Shown in pieces: positions 35,701 to 51,531 of a stretch of DNA of 64,000 nucleotides. Position numbers and translations under genes: made by a program. The stretch comes from Octopus vulgaris (Eukaryota). The notes beneath the pieces are model-generated. The model was given only the letters and a program-made list of their open reading frames with translations. It did no database searches and was not told the DNA's origin. The stretch is taken from positions 86,924,001 to 86,988,000 of the forward strand of contig OX597824.1 of assembly GCA_951406725.2 (NCBI GenBank), written 5' to 3'. Within the stretch, counting starts at the first letter, position 1. Each line of letters begins with the position of its first letter.

Positions 35701-36586
35701 GCGGTTTGAATGACGGAAATTTTGCTGTTATTTCTAGTAAATTGCCCAACCATAGAGAAACTCTATAACTGATTCATCATAATATTCTATTTGATATAAC
35801 ACATATTCAACTCGTGAAAGAACCTGACATACACTCATCTCTTAAAGGCTTCTAATCTCATGTTACTAAGTCAAACCTTTTAAAATTCTCATAGTATGTC
35901 TTCATCAGTTTTCTTCTTCATCAATAAGAGCTCTTAAAAGAGAGCAGCTGGTTTCTTTCACAGAGATAGGCTATCAATGGTTAACTACACTGAAAAAGTG
36001 TAGATGTGTAGGGGCAGCGTATGCAGAATACCAGAAGACTTTTCCTTGGAACAGCTGAAAAATTTTCTTGAGTGTATAAAAAGCATTTTAAAAAAAAAAT
36101 TCTTGTCTCATTTGTTTAAATTTTAGTGTGAATTATCTTGATATAATAAGTAGGTCAGGTGATGCAAACAGGAAAATAGAATTCAGAACATGATGATACG
36201 TCTTGGCTGTGTGGTAAGTAGCTTGCTTACCAGTCACATGGTTCCGGGTTCAAGTCCCACTGCGTGGAACCTTGGCCAAGTGTCTTCTACTATAGCCTCG
36301 GGCCGACCAAAGCCTTGTGAGTGGATTTGGTAGACGGAAACTGAAAGAAGCCTGTCGTATATATCTATATGTATATATATGTATGTGTGTGTGTGTGTGT
36401 GTTTATGTCTCTGTGTCTGTCCCCCCAACATCGCTTGACAACCGTAACTTAGCGGTTAGGCAAAAGAAACCGATAGAATAAGTACTAGTACTAGGCTTCC
36501 AAAGAATAAGTCCTGGGGTCGATTTGCTCGACTAAAGGCGGTGCTCCAGCATGGCTGCAGTCAAATTACTGAAACAAGTAATAGAG

Positions 36587-36620
<34 letters not shown>

Positions 36621-37752
36621 TTAGATTCAGATGAATATGGTACTTAAGTTGATGCACCAGAATTTAGTATGGTATTACTCTTTTACTTGTTTCAGTCATT
36701 TGACTGTGGCCATGCTGGAGCACCGCCTTTAGTCAACCAAATCGACCCTGGGACTTATTCTTTGTAAGCCTAGTACTTATTCTATCAGTTTCTTTTGCCG
36801 AACTGCTAAGTTACAGGGACGCAAACACACCAGCATCGGTTGTCAAGCAATGTTGGGGGGACAAACACATATATACATATATAGGACAGGCTTCTTTCAG
36901 TTTCCGTCTACCAAATCCACTCACAAGGCATTGTTCGGCCCAATGTGAAAACACTTGCCCAAGGTGCCATGCAGTGGGACTGACCTCTGAACCATGTGGC
37001 TGGTAAGCAAGCTATTTACCACACAGCCACTCCTGTGCCTATTATCCATACAATTTCAAAATAAGGTGATTAAAATCAAAATAAGCAACAAGGATATCCT
37101 TGTTGTTTAGTTTGATTATACATACATACATACATACATACATACATAGGATTATTATCACAAACAGCACTAGCTTTCTTTAACCGAATACACATTGCTG
37201 ATTGGTTGAAATTACCCAATTAAGACAGCTTTAACACAAAATAATTTCTAAAATACGAAATTTGGTCAAAAATGTTCAGAGTAAACCGTGTTTTATGTGA
37301 GGAATTCTACCAGTATTCGAAGTTTCAAAGTGTTTAGTTAAAAAAAAAATCTGTGATTGAGATGGAATAGATCCCATCTATCCATCCATTAGGAATCTAG
37401 TTTACATATTAGTCATTATTGTCATTTTTATGTCTACTTTTCCATGCTTGCATGAGTCAGAGGAAATTTAAGAGAAATTTTCTATGGCTGGATGCCTTTC
37501 TTGACACCTGTTTCTAAGTAAGGTGATATTTCCTCATGGCAAGATATTATTTACACAGAAAATTAGAAACAGCGGAGTGTAGTGTCTCATCTTTCATATT
37601 TGGAGGGTGGATGGATATCTTTTGTTTCATTACTCATTGGACTGTGGCCATACTGGGGTACTATCTTGAAGGCTTAGTCTCATAAATCAGTACATATGTT
37701 GTTTATTTTAAAGTCTAGTACTTATTCTATTGTTCACATTTGTTAAACAAAT

Positions 37753-37831
37753 AAGTTACCTGCACCCAGTTACACCTGCACCTAGTTACACCTGCACCTA
37801 GTTACACCTGCACCTAGTTACACCTGTACCT
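37753..37831. repeat. ~5 x 16-bp tandem repeat (agttacacctgcacct)
   Basis: Seen directly. Confidence 0.85.
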
Positions 37832-37908
37832 ACTATTATTAAAATTTTGCAGTACTTTTTCCTTCACACTGGATTGCATAAAATAATATATATATATACA
37901 TACATATA

Positions 37909-37941
<33 letters not shown>

Positions 37942-37961
37942 GTTCGAACCGAAGGACGAAC

Positions 37962-38013
<52 letters not shown>

Positions 38014-38544
38014 CTAGCAGTATCGCCCGGCGTTGCTCGGGTTTGTAAGGGAAATAACTATATAAGCAGTTTTAGAGAGTTATAGCAAAAAAACGCATTA
38101 AAAATGGAATAAAAAATGATGAAAAATTTTTTTTTAAATCGTTGACTCAGTGTCTTCAAGCCATCAAGTCGTTGTTCTAAAAGAACGCTGGTCTCCTTCA
38201 CAACGCTTTACGACGTTGATTTCCTTACACTCCTTCCCCACAGCTTCACGAGGGAGGGAAGAAGGGGGAGAAGCAAACAGGTGCAGGTGTGACCGTGGAC
38301 GCCAACTCCGCCGCCATCGACACACGAAAAATTATGCATTAAAATGGAATAAAAAATGATGTTAAATTATTTTTAAAATCGTAGACTCATCGTAGACGCG
38401 CGCTAATAGCCAGACGGGCTCGATATGAATTACGACTATAAGATACCCGAATTTGGTTAAACTGCACCACAAAATGTGGGAGTAGTTAGGAATCTAAATC
38501 GAAGGGGACAGACACTCACACAACTACAGTTTTATATATATAGA
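38014..38544 (-). mobile_element. Non-autonomous Helitron, family A
   Basis: Near-identical reverse complement of 5689-6167; lies in a TA tract. Confidence 0.88.
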
Positions 38545-38759
38545 TATATATATATATATCATATCACTTAGATCATTAGCGCTTTCTCCCATTCTAGTGG
38601 GGTTTTCAAATCAAACTATATACACACACTCTCATACATACGTATGTGTGTGTGCATGTATATAGATATATATGGAAATCGAACCAGTGAGTGTGTTAAT
38701 AAAGCATTAAAACAGAATGAATTTCCCCAGACACAACAACATATACATATATATATATA

Positions 38760-39381
<622 letters not shown>

Positions 39382-39386
39382 CATAC

Positions 39387-39421
<35 letters not shown>

Positions 39422-39439
39422 CATACATATATATATATA

Positions 39440-40703
39440 TACTATTTATACTCTTATTACTTATATTCAGCCATCCGGCTGATATATATATATATATATA
39501 TATATACCATATATATATATACCCTATATATATATACCCTCTCTAAAAATGTTTTAGCCCGAAGGCTGGCCATGCTGGGCACCACCGCTGAATGAGCCAC
39601 ACTAGTTTGTGAATCCACCTCTGATACGTGGCCTTGATCAACAAGGGAGTTCGATGCTGCTGCGCACCGTGTCTCCTGTCGCAGTGGGTTCATCTGGGAC
39701 TCCCAACAAGAAGAGATCCAGTTTAGTTTTAAAGAAACCCACATCCACACCATGTATGTCTCTCAGGCATTTAGGGAGGATGTTGAAAAGCTGTGGTCCT
39801 CTGAAACCCAAGCTGTTGCAGTATCTGGACCTGTATTTTGATGGTGATGTTGGAATCCTTGGCACCACGCAGCGGCGCCCCGTTCTGCGGTTGGAGTAAC
39901 TTTGAATGCCAAAGTTTGGGACAAGACCCTCCAGGATTTTCCAGATGTATATTACTGCATATCTCTCCCGCCTCCGCTCCAGGGAGAAGAGGTTTAATAC
40001 CTTCAGTCTTTCCCAGTAGCTGACATTTTGCATTGAGACGATTTTCTTTGTGTAGCTTCTCTGAGTTGCTTCGAGTTCTGCTGTTTGTTTTATATTGTGT
40101 GGTGACCAAAGTTGGGAGCAGTAGTCCAAGCGGCTGAGGACAAATGTTTTCCATAGGACCATCAGTGTCTCCTTCTCTCTTGTTCTGAAAGTTCGGAGAA
40201 TCCATCCAGCTAGCCGTCTGCATTTTATCACCAGATTAGCAATATGCATTTGGAAAGATGCATCATTGCTCATGTCAATGCCCAGGTCACGCACTGATTT
40301 TGACTCAGGGATTGCAATTCTTCCTGGGCCAGTGTATCCAGTCTTCACGTCATTTACCTTTGTGTGCCAGTAGCGCAGGGCCTGGAACTTACCTGCATTA
40401 AACTGCATGTTGTTGTCCTCAGCCCACCTGTATATTGTGTCCAGCTCATGTTGCAGATGCGCAATATTTTCAGGGTTCTGTATTACGTGGGAGACCTTTG
40501 TGTCATCTGCATAGCTAGCAAGGGTGGTCATCGTAGCAACTGAAGGCATGTCTGAAAGGGCCACTATGAACATCAGTGGCCCCAAGACAGTGCCCTGTGG
40601 GACACCGCTTGTTATTTGCGTTTCCCTGAGGTGGCTCCATTGCTCACAACTGCCTGTTTTCTGTCTTTTAGGAAGTTGTGCAGCCACTCTCCAAGTTTCC
40701 CGC
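39440..40703 (-). mobile_element. CR1/L2-group LINE, 5'-truncated (RT C-terminal half and 3' UTR)
   Basis: [53 protein letters not shown]; frameshifts near 40615 and 39680. Confidence 0.9.
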
Positions 40704-42275
<1,572 letters not shown>

Positions 42276-42433
42276 GTATATATATATATATATATATATA
42301 ATTGCTTAATAGTGGTTTTTCTCTAATTTATATATATTATATATTTATATTGTGAAATTTGATTTAATATTAAATTGAATTTTTCCCTGTAAGTTTGGAG
42401 TTATACTCCCTAATATTATGATATATATATATG

Positions 42434-42474
<41 letters not shown>

Positions 42475-45400
42475 AGGAGGTATTTCCCTATCTATATCTT
42501 CATAGGTTAAACTGTATTAACCCATCAGCATTCAGACAACTCATTCAAAAGGAATGCTTATTTATTCAAGTTGTTTTGAATTAATCATGCATTATTTTGT
42601 AGCTTCAAAGTTCCTATGATGTGATTGTATATTTTTAGAATGACATTGAAGGGTAGGTGTGAGAGGCCTGATCTGGCCTCTGTTTTGAACGTAAAACAGG
42701 AAGAACATCTGGGCCAGATATGGTCGGTCTTAAATGCTAAACGCTTAAGGAAGTACACGAAAATTGAGGATTGTTGGCCACAAAGAACTCACCTCTTTCA
42801 AACCTTCCCCTCCACTCAACTCATTGTCACTTCCTCCAAGTTGTAACTCTATCTCAGAAGGAAAACAAATAACAACAAAATTCCAATTACATTGAATTAA
42901 GAGTTGAGGGCAAGTCAAGGCCACTTTTAGATTTGTGAAGAGATTTCCACTTTCTGAACAAGTAGATCAAATCATGTATTATTTAAGCTGCGATACAATC
43001 AAATCAGAACAATACAAATGAGTTGAACATACAGGAACTTCAGCTTCTATTTATGCCTAATACCATATATACACTAAACACTCCCCTTTGAGCTTGCTAC
43101 TCAATATAATATTTGTTACATTGAATCCGGTACTTCACTGGTACTTCTTTTAACCCTTTAGCATTTAACCTGGCCATATCTGGCCCAAAATGTTCCATGT
43201 TAAAACTGGTCACATCCAGCCTCTTACACGTGTCCGACAATGTCATTCAAAACGTAAATGATCACAGCATTGAAACCTCAAAGCTACAAGATAATAGGCT
43301 GGTATGCATGGAGGACTGCTGGTCTCCCATGTAAACCACCTTGCCTGGACTTGTGTCTTAGAGGGGAACTGTCTAGGTGCAATCCCACGGTCATTCATGA
43401 CTGAAGCAGGTCTTTACCTTCGACTACTTTTTTACTAGTTGAGCCATTAGTGACTAAACTATTATTCGAAGGTTATGGAATTTTGAACGGATATATCTGA
43501 TTTCCACTGTAAAATGGTTAATGAATATTTGGCTTTATTGCTTCAACACATTCAAAATTAGGAATCCAGTTTGCATATCATTATCGTTGTCATTTTTATG
43601 TCTACTTTTCCATGCTTGCATGAGTCAGAGGAAATTTGAGAGAAATTTTCTATGGCTCGATGCCTTTCTTGCCACCTGTTTCTAAGTCTCCTCATGGCAA
43701 GATATTATTTACACAGAAAATTGGAAAGAGAGGAGTGTAGTGCCTCACCTTTTGTATTTGGAGGGTGGATGGATAACTTTTATTTGTTTCATTACTCATT
43801 GGACTGTGGCCATACTGGGGCACTACCTTGAAGGTTTAGTCAAATAAATCAGTAGCTAGTACTTATGTTGTTTTTTTTAAAGTCTGGTACTTATTGTAAT
43901 GTTCTCTTTTGCTGAACTACTAAGTTATATGGATGTAACAAGCACTGGTTAAGTGGTAGTGTGTGTGACAAACAGACAGACACACACAAATATATATATA
44001 TCATTGTTTAACATCCGCTTTCCAGGCTAGCATGGGTTGGATGATTTGACTGAGGACTAGCGAACCAGATGGCTGCACCAGGCTCCAATCTGATCGGGCA
44101 GAGTTTCTACAGCTGGATGCCCTTCCAAACGCCAACCACTCTGAGAGCGTAGTGGGTGCATGAGGGCCTGTCAGGCAGGACTGGCAACAGCCATGCTTAA
44201 ATGGTGTTTTTTACATGCCACCTGCACAGGAGCCAGTCCAGTGGCACTGGCAATGACCTCGATCAAATGTTTTTTCACGCGCCACCGGCATCGAAGCCAG
44301 TCAGCTTCTCTGGCAACAATCACGCTGAGATGGTGCTCTTAGTGCTCCACTGGCACAGGTGCCAGTCGTCGAATTTGATTTGATTTTGATTTCACCTGCC
44401 TCAACAGGTCTTCGCAAGCAGAGTTTAGTGTCCAATGAAGGAAAGGTACACATATGTGGGCTGGTTACACCCCTAGCACAGGCCATGTGTTATGGTTTCA
44501 CTTAACTTGCCAGATCTTCTCATGAACTGCATATTTCCAAAGGTCTCAGTCACTAGTCATTGCCTTGGTGAAGGCTAATGTTCGAAGGTTGTGCTTTGGG
44601 TCGATTTATTTGACTATTTGCTCCAGCATGACTGAAACAAGTAAAAGAATAAAAGAAAACAAAAATCAAAATTGCTAATGAGCGCAGATGAATTCAAAAA
44701 GTTAATGGCCATCCATTAAGAAATCAACAAATGGAGTGGCACTTATTTGAAACTTTGAGCCAAGCATTGTTCTTTCGGCAGCCTCTGTATACCTGTCTCT
44801 CTCAGATATACTGGCCTTTTCTTTCCTCTGAAAGACCGAAGACCAAAGCGAGAAGTGCTTCTTGAAGGACCATCCAGAGGTGACATAGATCAGTTCTGAC
44901 CAGTTGCCTGGTCAGAAATGGCACGTGTGACATGCAATGCAATGTTGCAAACAATATAGTGTGTCCCGCCCCCATTTCATTATAATCAAAATCTATGATT
45001 ATACTTTCAGTTATTACTCTTTGATGCAATAAATATAATGTCGCCCTTTTCAAGCCTAGCCAGGCTCATGGGCCCTGTTTCCCGGTTTCTGTGGTGTATG
45101 TGTTCTCCCCAAGCTGGACGGGACGCCAGTCCATTGTAGCGTTACTCAAGAAACAGGAAGAGAGAGAGTGAGAGAAAGTTGTGGCGAAAGAGTACAACAA
45201 GGGTCACCACCAACCCCTGCAGGAGCTTTGTGGAGCATTTAGGTGCTTTCGCTCAATAAACACACACAGCGCCCGGTCGGGGAATCGAAACCGCGATCCT
45301 CCGACCGTGAGTCTGCTGCCCTTACCACTGGGCGATTGCGCCTCCACGATGCAATAAATATAGGATTGATTTATTGATATTACAGGCTGTTGAATAGGAA

Positions 45401-47520
45401 CAATAACTTCAGGAGATCTCTAGGTCGTAGAATTAACTGGAGGTGGAAAGAAACTTCGTTACTTAGGTGACATAATAGTAAAATATAATGGTGAAACACA
45501 TTTTAGCCAAATTGAGGAAATTAGTAACTTGTACCGCTTCTAGTTTTGTGATATAGAAGCTGTCATTTCAAAATGGTATTATGTTATCATCATCATTTAG
45601 CGTCCATTGCCCATGCGGGCATGGGTTGGATGGTTTGACCAGGGCTGGAAAGCTGAGGGGCTGCACCAGACTCCAGTCTGATTTGGCATGGTTTCAACAG
45701 CTGGATGCCCTTCCTAATGCCAGCCACTCTGAAAATGTAGTGGTGAATAAATAATGCCAATAAGAGAGTATCATCATCATCAATAAATGCCCGCTTTCCA
45801 TGCTGGCATGGGTTGGACAATTTAACTGAGGAATGGCGAACGAGAAGGCTGCACCAGGCTCCAATCTGATCTGGCAGTTTCAATAGCTGGATGCCCTTCC
45901 TAATGCCAACCACTCTGAAAATGTAGTGGTGAATAAATAATGCCAATAAGAGAGTATCATCATCATCATCATTTAACGTCCGCTTTCCATGCTGGCATGG
46001 GTTGGACAATTTGACTGGCGAACCAGAAGGCTGCACCAGGCTCCAATCTGATCAAGCACTGTTTCTACAACTGGATATGCTTCCTAATGCCAACCACTCT
46101 GAGAGTGTAATGGGTGCTTTTACATGACACCGGTATCTGTTACAACTGCTATTTTGCTTGGTTTGATGGCCTTCTCAAGCATGACATAATGCCAAAGGTC
46201 TTCGTTATTACCTCTGTGAAGCCCAACACATAAAAGGAGTTTTTCGTGTTCCACCAGCATCAGCCATTTTGCCTCCATGAGCCCCAACACTTGAAAGGTG
46301 CTGGTGCTTTTACATATCACTGGCACAAGTGCCATTTGTGTGACACTGGTATCTTCCATGACTGTTATTTTACTTGGCTTGATGGGTCTTCTTCTTCACT
46401 GCCCCGTGAGGTCTAATACTCGAAAGGAGCTTTTCACGTACCACTTTGCCTCTGTGAGGCCCAATCAAGCTCAAAAAGTCCTGGTGCTTTTATGTGCCAC
46501 CATTATCGGTGCCATTTGTGTGACATCAGTATCTTTCATAACTGTGATTTTACTTGGCTCGAAGGGTCTTCTTCCCACGCATGACATAATGCCAAAGGTC
46601 TCAGTCACTGTCTCCGTGAGGACCAACGCTCAAAAGAAGCTTTTCATGTACCACTTTGCCTCCATGAGGCCCAATTCTCAATAGGTGCTGGTGCTTTTAT
46701 GCGCCACTGGCATCAGTGCCATTTGTGTGACACCGGTATCTTCCACAACAAGGCGGCGAGCTGGCAGAATCGTTAGCACGCTGGGTGAAATGCTTAGCGG
46801 TATTTTGTCTGCCGCTACGTTCTGAGTTCAACTTTGCTTTTCATCCTTTCGGGGTCGATTAAATAAGTACCAGGTACGCACTGAGGTCGATATAATTGAC
46901 TTAAGCCGCTTGTCTGTCATTGTTTGTCCCCTTGTGGGCAGTAAAGAAATAGGTATTTTGTCTGCCGCTATGTTCTGAGTTCAAATTCCGCCGAGGTCGA
47001 CTTTGCCTTTCATCCTTTCGGGGTCGATTAAATAAGTACCAGTTACGCACTGAGGTCGATATAATCGACTTAATCCATTTGTCTGTCATTTTTTGTCCTC
47101 TCTGTGTTTAGCCCCTTGTGGGTAGTAAAGAATTTGGTATCTTCCACAATTGCAATTTTACTTGGCTCGATGGGTCTTCTTCTCCAGCATGACATAATAT
47201 ATATAACTAAAAAATCTTGCATCATAAATTTAAAATTGAAAACTTTTGAAATATCAACATCTTAATAAAGAAAAATCTAATTGTACTAATTCCCTTTGAA
47301 TTCTGGATTATTTTAAAAAATCAACCAAAGTGCACAGGCAAGATGCTTCAGTAGAAATATGGTAAGAAAGGAGAGATTAAAGGGCAAGAAGCATTAGAAG
47401 CATATGTTGAATGATTAATGTATGCAGAGAAGAGACGACTGACATGCATTGAAAACATTGTCATAAACTGATTGGAGAAGTGCCAAGAAATGGTAGTTGA
47501 GGGTTGTCAAGCTAGACATA

Positions 47521-48702
47521 CCGTAAATCCTCAAGTATAATCCGCATTTTTTCCCCAAAATTTAAAGATCAAAATCCCTAGTGCCCAAAATTTAAAGTAC
47601 AAAATCCCTAGTGCCCAAAATTTAAAGGTCAAAATCCCCAGTGCCCAAAATTTAAAGGTCAAAATCCCCAGTGCCCAAAATTTAAAGGTCAAAATCCCTA
47701 GTGCCCAAAATTTAAAGGTCAAAATCCCTAGTGCCCAAAATTTAAAGTACAAAATCCCTAGTGCCCAAAATTTAAAGGTCAAAATCCCCAGTGCCCAAAA
47801 TTTAAAGGTCAAAATCCCTAGTGCCCAAAATTTAAAGGTCAAAATCCCTAGTGCCCAAAATTTAAAGGTCAAAATCCCTAGTGCCCAAAATTTAAAGGTC
47901 AAAATCCCTAGTGACCAAAATTTAAAGGTCAAAATCCCTAGTGACCAAAATTTAAAGTTCAAAATCCCTAGTGCCCAAAATTTCAAGGGCAAAATCCCTA
48001 GAGCCCAAAGGTTAAAGGTCAAAATCCCCAGTGCCCAAAATTTAAAGGTCAAAATCCCTAGTGCCCAAAATTTAAAGGGCAAAATCCCTAGAGCCCAAAG
48101 GTTAAAGGTCAAAATCCCCAGTGCCCAAAATTTAAAGGTCAAAATCCCTAGTGCCCAAAATTTAAAGGGCAAAATCCTTAGTGCCCAAAATTTAAAGGGC
48201 AAAATCCCTAGTGCCCAAAATTTAAAGGGCAAAATCCCTAGTGTGTACTACATACGAGATTAAAAATGAAAATTGTTTTCTAAGCAATGTCCGAGTCTCT
48301 ATTTGCTGTCCGGCAATGTTTATTCAGACGCATTTTGTGATGTCGGGCGCGAAAATACCTTAAGCTAAGTCTGAAAGCAATGAAGTCATAAAAGAATCAT
48401 CCATAACTTGCAGTAAGCAACATTCATTAAAATAAAAGTATTCAGAACACAGAATAACATGTAACAAAAACAATTTGCAAACATATTTACATTCCCATAT
48501 AACAGTTAAGAACATCACTATTATTGTATTACGTATGCACAGAAGTGTTTGTTCGACTCAGTGCTGCTGGCTTAATTATGCACGATTCAAGTTAGAGAAG
48601 GGGTACGTATTATACATAAGGTTTAGGTTTTTCAGAGGTACAGCCCCCTAAAAATTCCCTGCGTATTTTACTCAAGGACGGACAATACTCGAGGATTTAC
48701 AG
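47521..48702. mobile_element. pogo/Tigger-like non-autonomous DNA transposon (TA TSD) carrying a tandem array
   Basis: TA|ccgtaaatcctcaagtataatccg ... cggacaatactcgaggatttacag|TA: ~24-bp imperfect TIR. Confidence 0.78.
47553..48243. repeat. Minisatellite, 23 x 30 bp (gtgcccaaaatttaaaggtcaaaatcccta)
   Basis: aaaatcc recurs every 30 bp from 47571 to 48231. Confidence 0.97.
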
Positions 48703-50149
48703 TAGACAAAAGACTTTGGGATGCAACAGGCTGTTTGAGCAAATACACATAAGTCGGCAGATGAACAGAGTTGGTAGAGCATCGAATTAAATGCCTTGTG
48801 GTATTTAGTTGAATTCAAATTCAGCTGAAATTAAGGAAACAAGCGCTATTAATATACAGTGATCCATATATTTGAGTTTACCCCTCTTACTGTCTGGCCA
48901 TTACATGCCTTAACCATTTTGGTACCATGCTTCTGCTGAAAGACACTGACTTTGTTTCAATTCATTTTGAAAATGATAAAAAATTTAGCAAGAGTAGCTG
49001 TGTGGTAAGTAGCTTGCTTACCAACCACATGGTTCCGGGTTCAGTCCCACTGCGTGGCTCCTTGAGCAAGTGTCTTCTCTAACCTCGGGTCGACCAAAGC
49101 TTTGAGAACGGATTTGGTAGACGGAAACTGAAAGAAGCCTGTTGTATATATGTATATATCTATATCTATATACATATATGTATGTGTGTGTCTGTGTTTG
49201 TTCCCCCATCATCTCTTGACAACTGATGCTGGTGAGTTAACGTCCCCGTAACTTAGCAGTTCGGCAAAAGAGACCGATAGAACAAGTACTAAGCTTACAA
49301 AAAATAAGTCCTGGGGTCGATTTGCTCGACTAAAGGTTGTGCTCAAGCATGGCCTCAGTCAAATGACTGAAACGAGTAAAAGAACTTTATTATTATTTAC
49401 CTGGTGTTTGGAACATAAATCAACACGAAATTTTCAAAGATGGTTTTGAGATCACTTTAAACATGAAGATTGTATCATTGAAACAGTGGTGGTCCTTGAT
49501 GGGTTTGTATCAAGAAGGGTCCATATAGTAAGATCAGTACAATTTCTATCTTGTATTCAAACAGTTAGCGCTTGAAGAAACAGAAACTCCCTAAAATGCA
49601 CCCCCCCCTAGCAATTTTATAACTCCAAATTTACATAGGTGCAGGAGTGGCTGTGTGGTAAGTAGCTTGCTTACGAACCATATAGTTCTGGGTTCAGTCC
49701 CACTGCGTGGCACCTTGGGTAAGAAGTGTCTTCTACTATAGCCTCGGGCTGACCTTGTGAGTGGATTCGGTAGACGGAAACTGAAAGAGGCCTGTCGTAT
49801 ATATGTATACATATATATATGTATGTATGTGTGTCTGTGTTTGTCCTCGCAACATTGCTTGACAACCAATGCTGGTGTGTTTACATCCCTGTAACTTAGC
49901 GGTTTGGCAAAAGAGCCTGATATAATAAATACTAGGCTTAAAAAGAATAAGACCTGGGGTCGATTTCCTTGACTAAAAGCGGTGCTCCAGCATGGCCAAA
50001 GTCACATGACTGAAACAAAGAGTAACATAACTTTCAGAAAATACCAATTTAATTTTTTAAGGTAGATATTTAACATCATTACCGGAATAACCAAGAAATT
50101 TAATCCTGCAATTAAAAGGTTAATATTGCCTAGTTTTTTTCTCACTAGA

Positions 50150-50745
50150 CGAGTGTGATTGTTGACAGAGTGGCTAACCAGCTTCCGTGCCGGTGGCACA
50201 TAAAAGGCACCATTTGAGTGTGATCGTTACCAGTGTTGCATTACCGGCACTTGAGCCCTGTGCTAGTAGGGTGCTAAGAGCACCGTCCAAGCGCGATCGT
50301 TGCCAGAGCGACTAACTGGCTTCATTTGAGCGTGATCGTTACCAACATCGCCTTACTGTCACCTGTGCCAGTTGCATGTGTAAAAAGATTTGAGCAAGGT
50401 CATTGCCAGTACCGCCTGACTGGCCCCCGTGCCGTGGCACGTAAAGGGCACCATTTGAGTGTGATCGTTATCAGCATCGCCTTACTGGCACCTGTGCCGG
50501 TGGCATGTGTAAAAGATTCGAGCGAGGTCATTGCCAGTACCACCTGACTGGCCCCCATACCGGTGGCACATAAAAGCACCCACTACACTCTCGGAGTGGT
50601 TGGCATTAGGAAGGTCATCCAGCTGTAGAAACTCTGCCGGATCAAGATTGGAGCCTGGTGCAGCCATCTGGTTTGCCAGCCCTCAGTCAAATCATCCAAC
50701 CCATGCTAGCATGGAAAGCGGATGTTAAACGATAATGATGATGAT
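50150..50745 (+). mobile_element. RTE-type 3' UTR element with internal ~50-bp subrepeats and (ATG)n tail
   Basis: Shares its 3' end with the LINE at 26550-26735. Copies at ~640-955(+), 8215-8448(+), 8712-9100(-), 9125-9363(+), 21935-22365(-), 27435-27825(-), 30748-31105(-), 44000-44600(-), 45587-46740(-). Confidence 0.82.
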
Positions 50746-51009
50746 GGACTATGATTCATACAACAAATTAGCCCCACCACCAACACCGTCATCCCTATGA
50801 TTGATAGGTTTCTTACCAGTTTGACAATAACCCCTTTTTATTGCAATTGGGCCTCTGGAGCCTGGTCTGCTAGGATTGAACTCAGATGCTTTTGTAATGT
50901 GGGAATAAAATGTAAACAGTTGATTGGGATCTTTTTTTATTTCAAAAGAACAAAAGATTTACAGTATATTAGCACCTTTGGAAAAATGTTGAAGAGCTAG
51001 ATGGTAAAT

Positions 51010-51494
51010 TTCTTTACATGTTGTAACTACTTTTTGGTATTTAAACTATGAATTTTTTGCCGTTCACATGCAATGCCACATGATAGAATAGAATAATGTA
51101 AAGACGAGATAAAATAAGTTCTGTCATAAATTTTGCCACAAATATTAAATGTCAACACGAAAAGTATGTAAAAAGGCAATAATTTATTAGCTGTGACAAG
51201 TACAAAATATGAGAAAATACAGGCAAAGAAAAAAAAAATTGGAAAAAAAAACAAAAAACGAGGCAGCTAGATAAAGCAGAAGATAACTTTGGTGCCAGTA
51301 AGAATTGTAAAAGAATTCAGTCTTCTTTGGATATTATTAGTGTGTTAGTTTGCTGCCAACTATAAAAGGAAAAAAAGACAATTTCAAAAGACTTATTGAG
51401 TATTATTTGTCAACCGAAATCTTTTTGTAGCACCATCACTTTTGAATTGACCAGTTGCATTGGCAATTGAGAAGTCTTAGTCCGTGTGTTGTTT

Positions 51495-51531
<37 letters not shown>

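Noticed and set aside
34850-35713. W/L/A/G-rich ORFs resembling a structural protein
   Set aside because: Several overlapping frames are open because the strand is nearly A-free; unit lengths are not codon-phased and there are no splice signals.
35940-36170. EIGYQWLTTLKKCRCVGAAY, faintly like THADA/DUF2428
   Set aside because: Too short and broken to support by eye; needs BLASTX.
42890-43090. FVKRFPLSEQVDQIMYYL, faintly UBX-like
   Set aside because: Needs frameshifts and has no clear splice sites.
47531-48232. 233-aa (FKFWALGILT)n ORF; possible CRISPR array
   Set aside because: A stop-free 30-bp unit gives an ORF automatically. There are no unique spacers or cas genes, and the DNA is eukaryotic.
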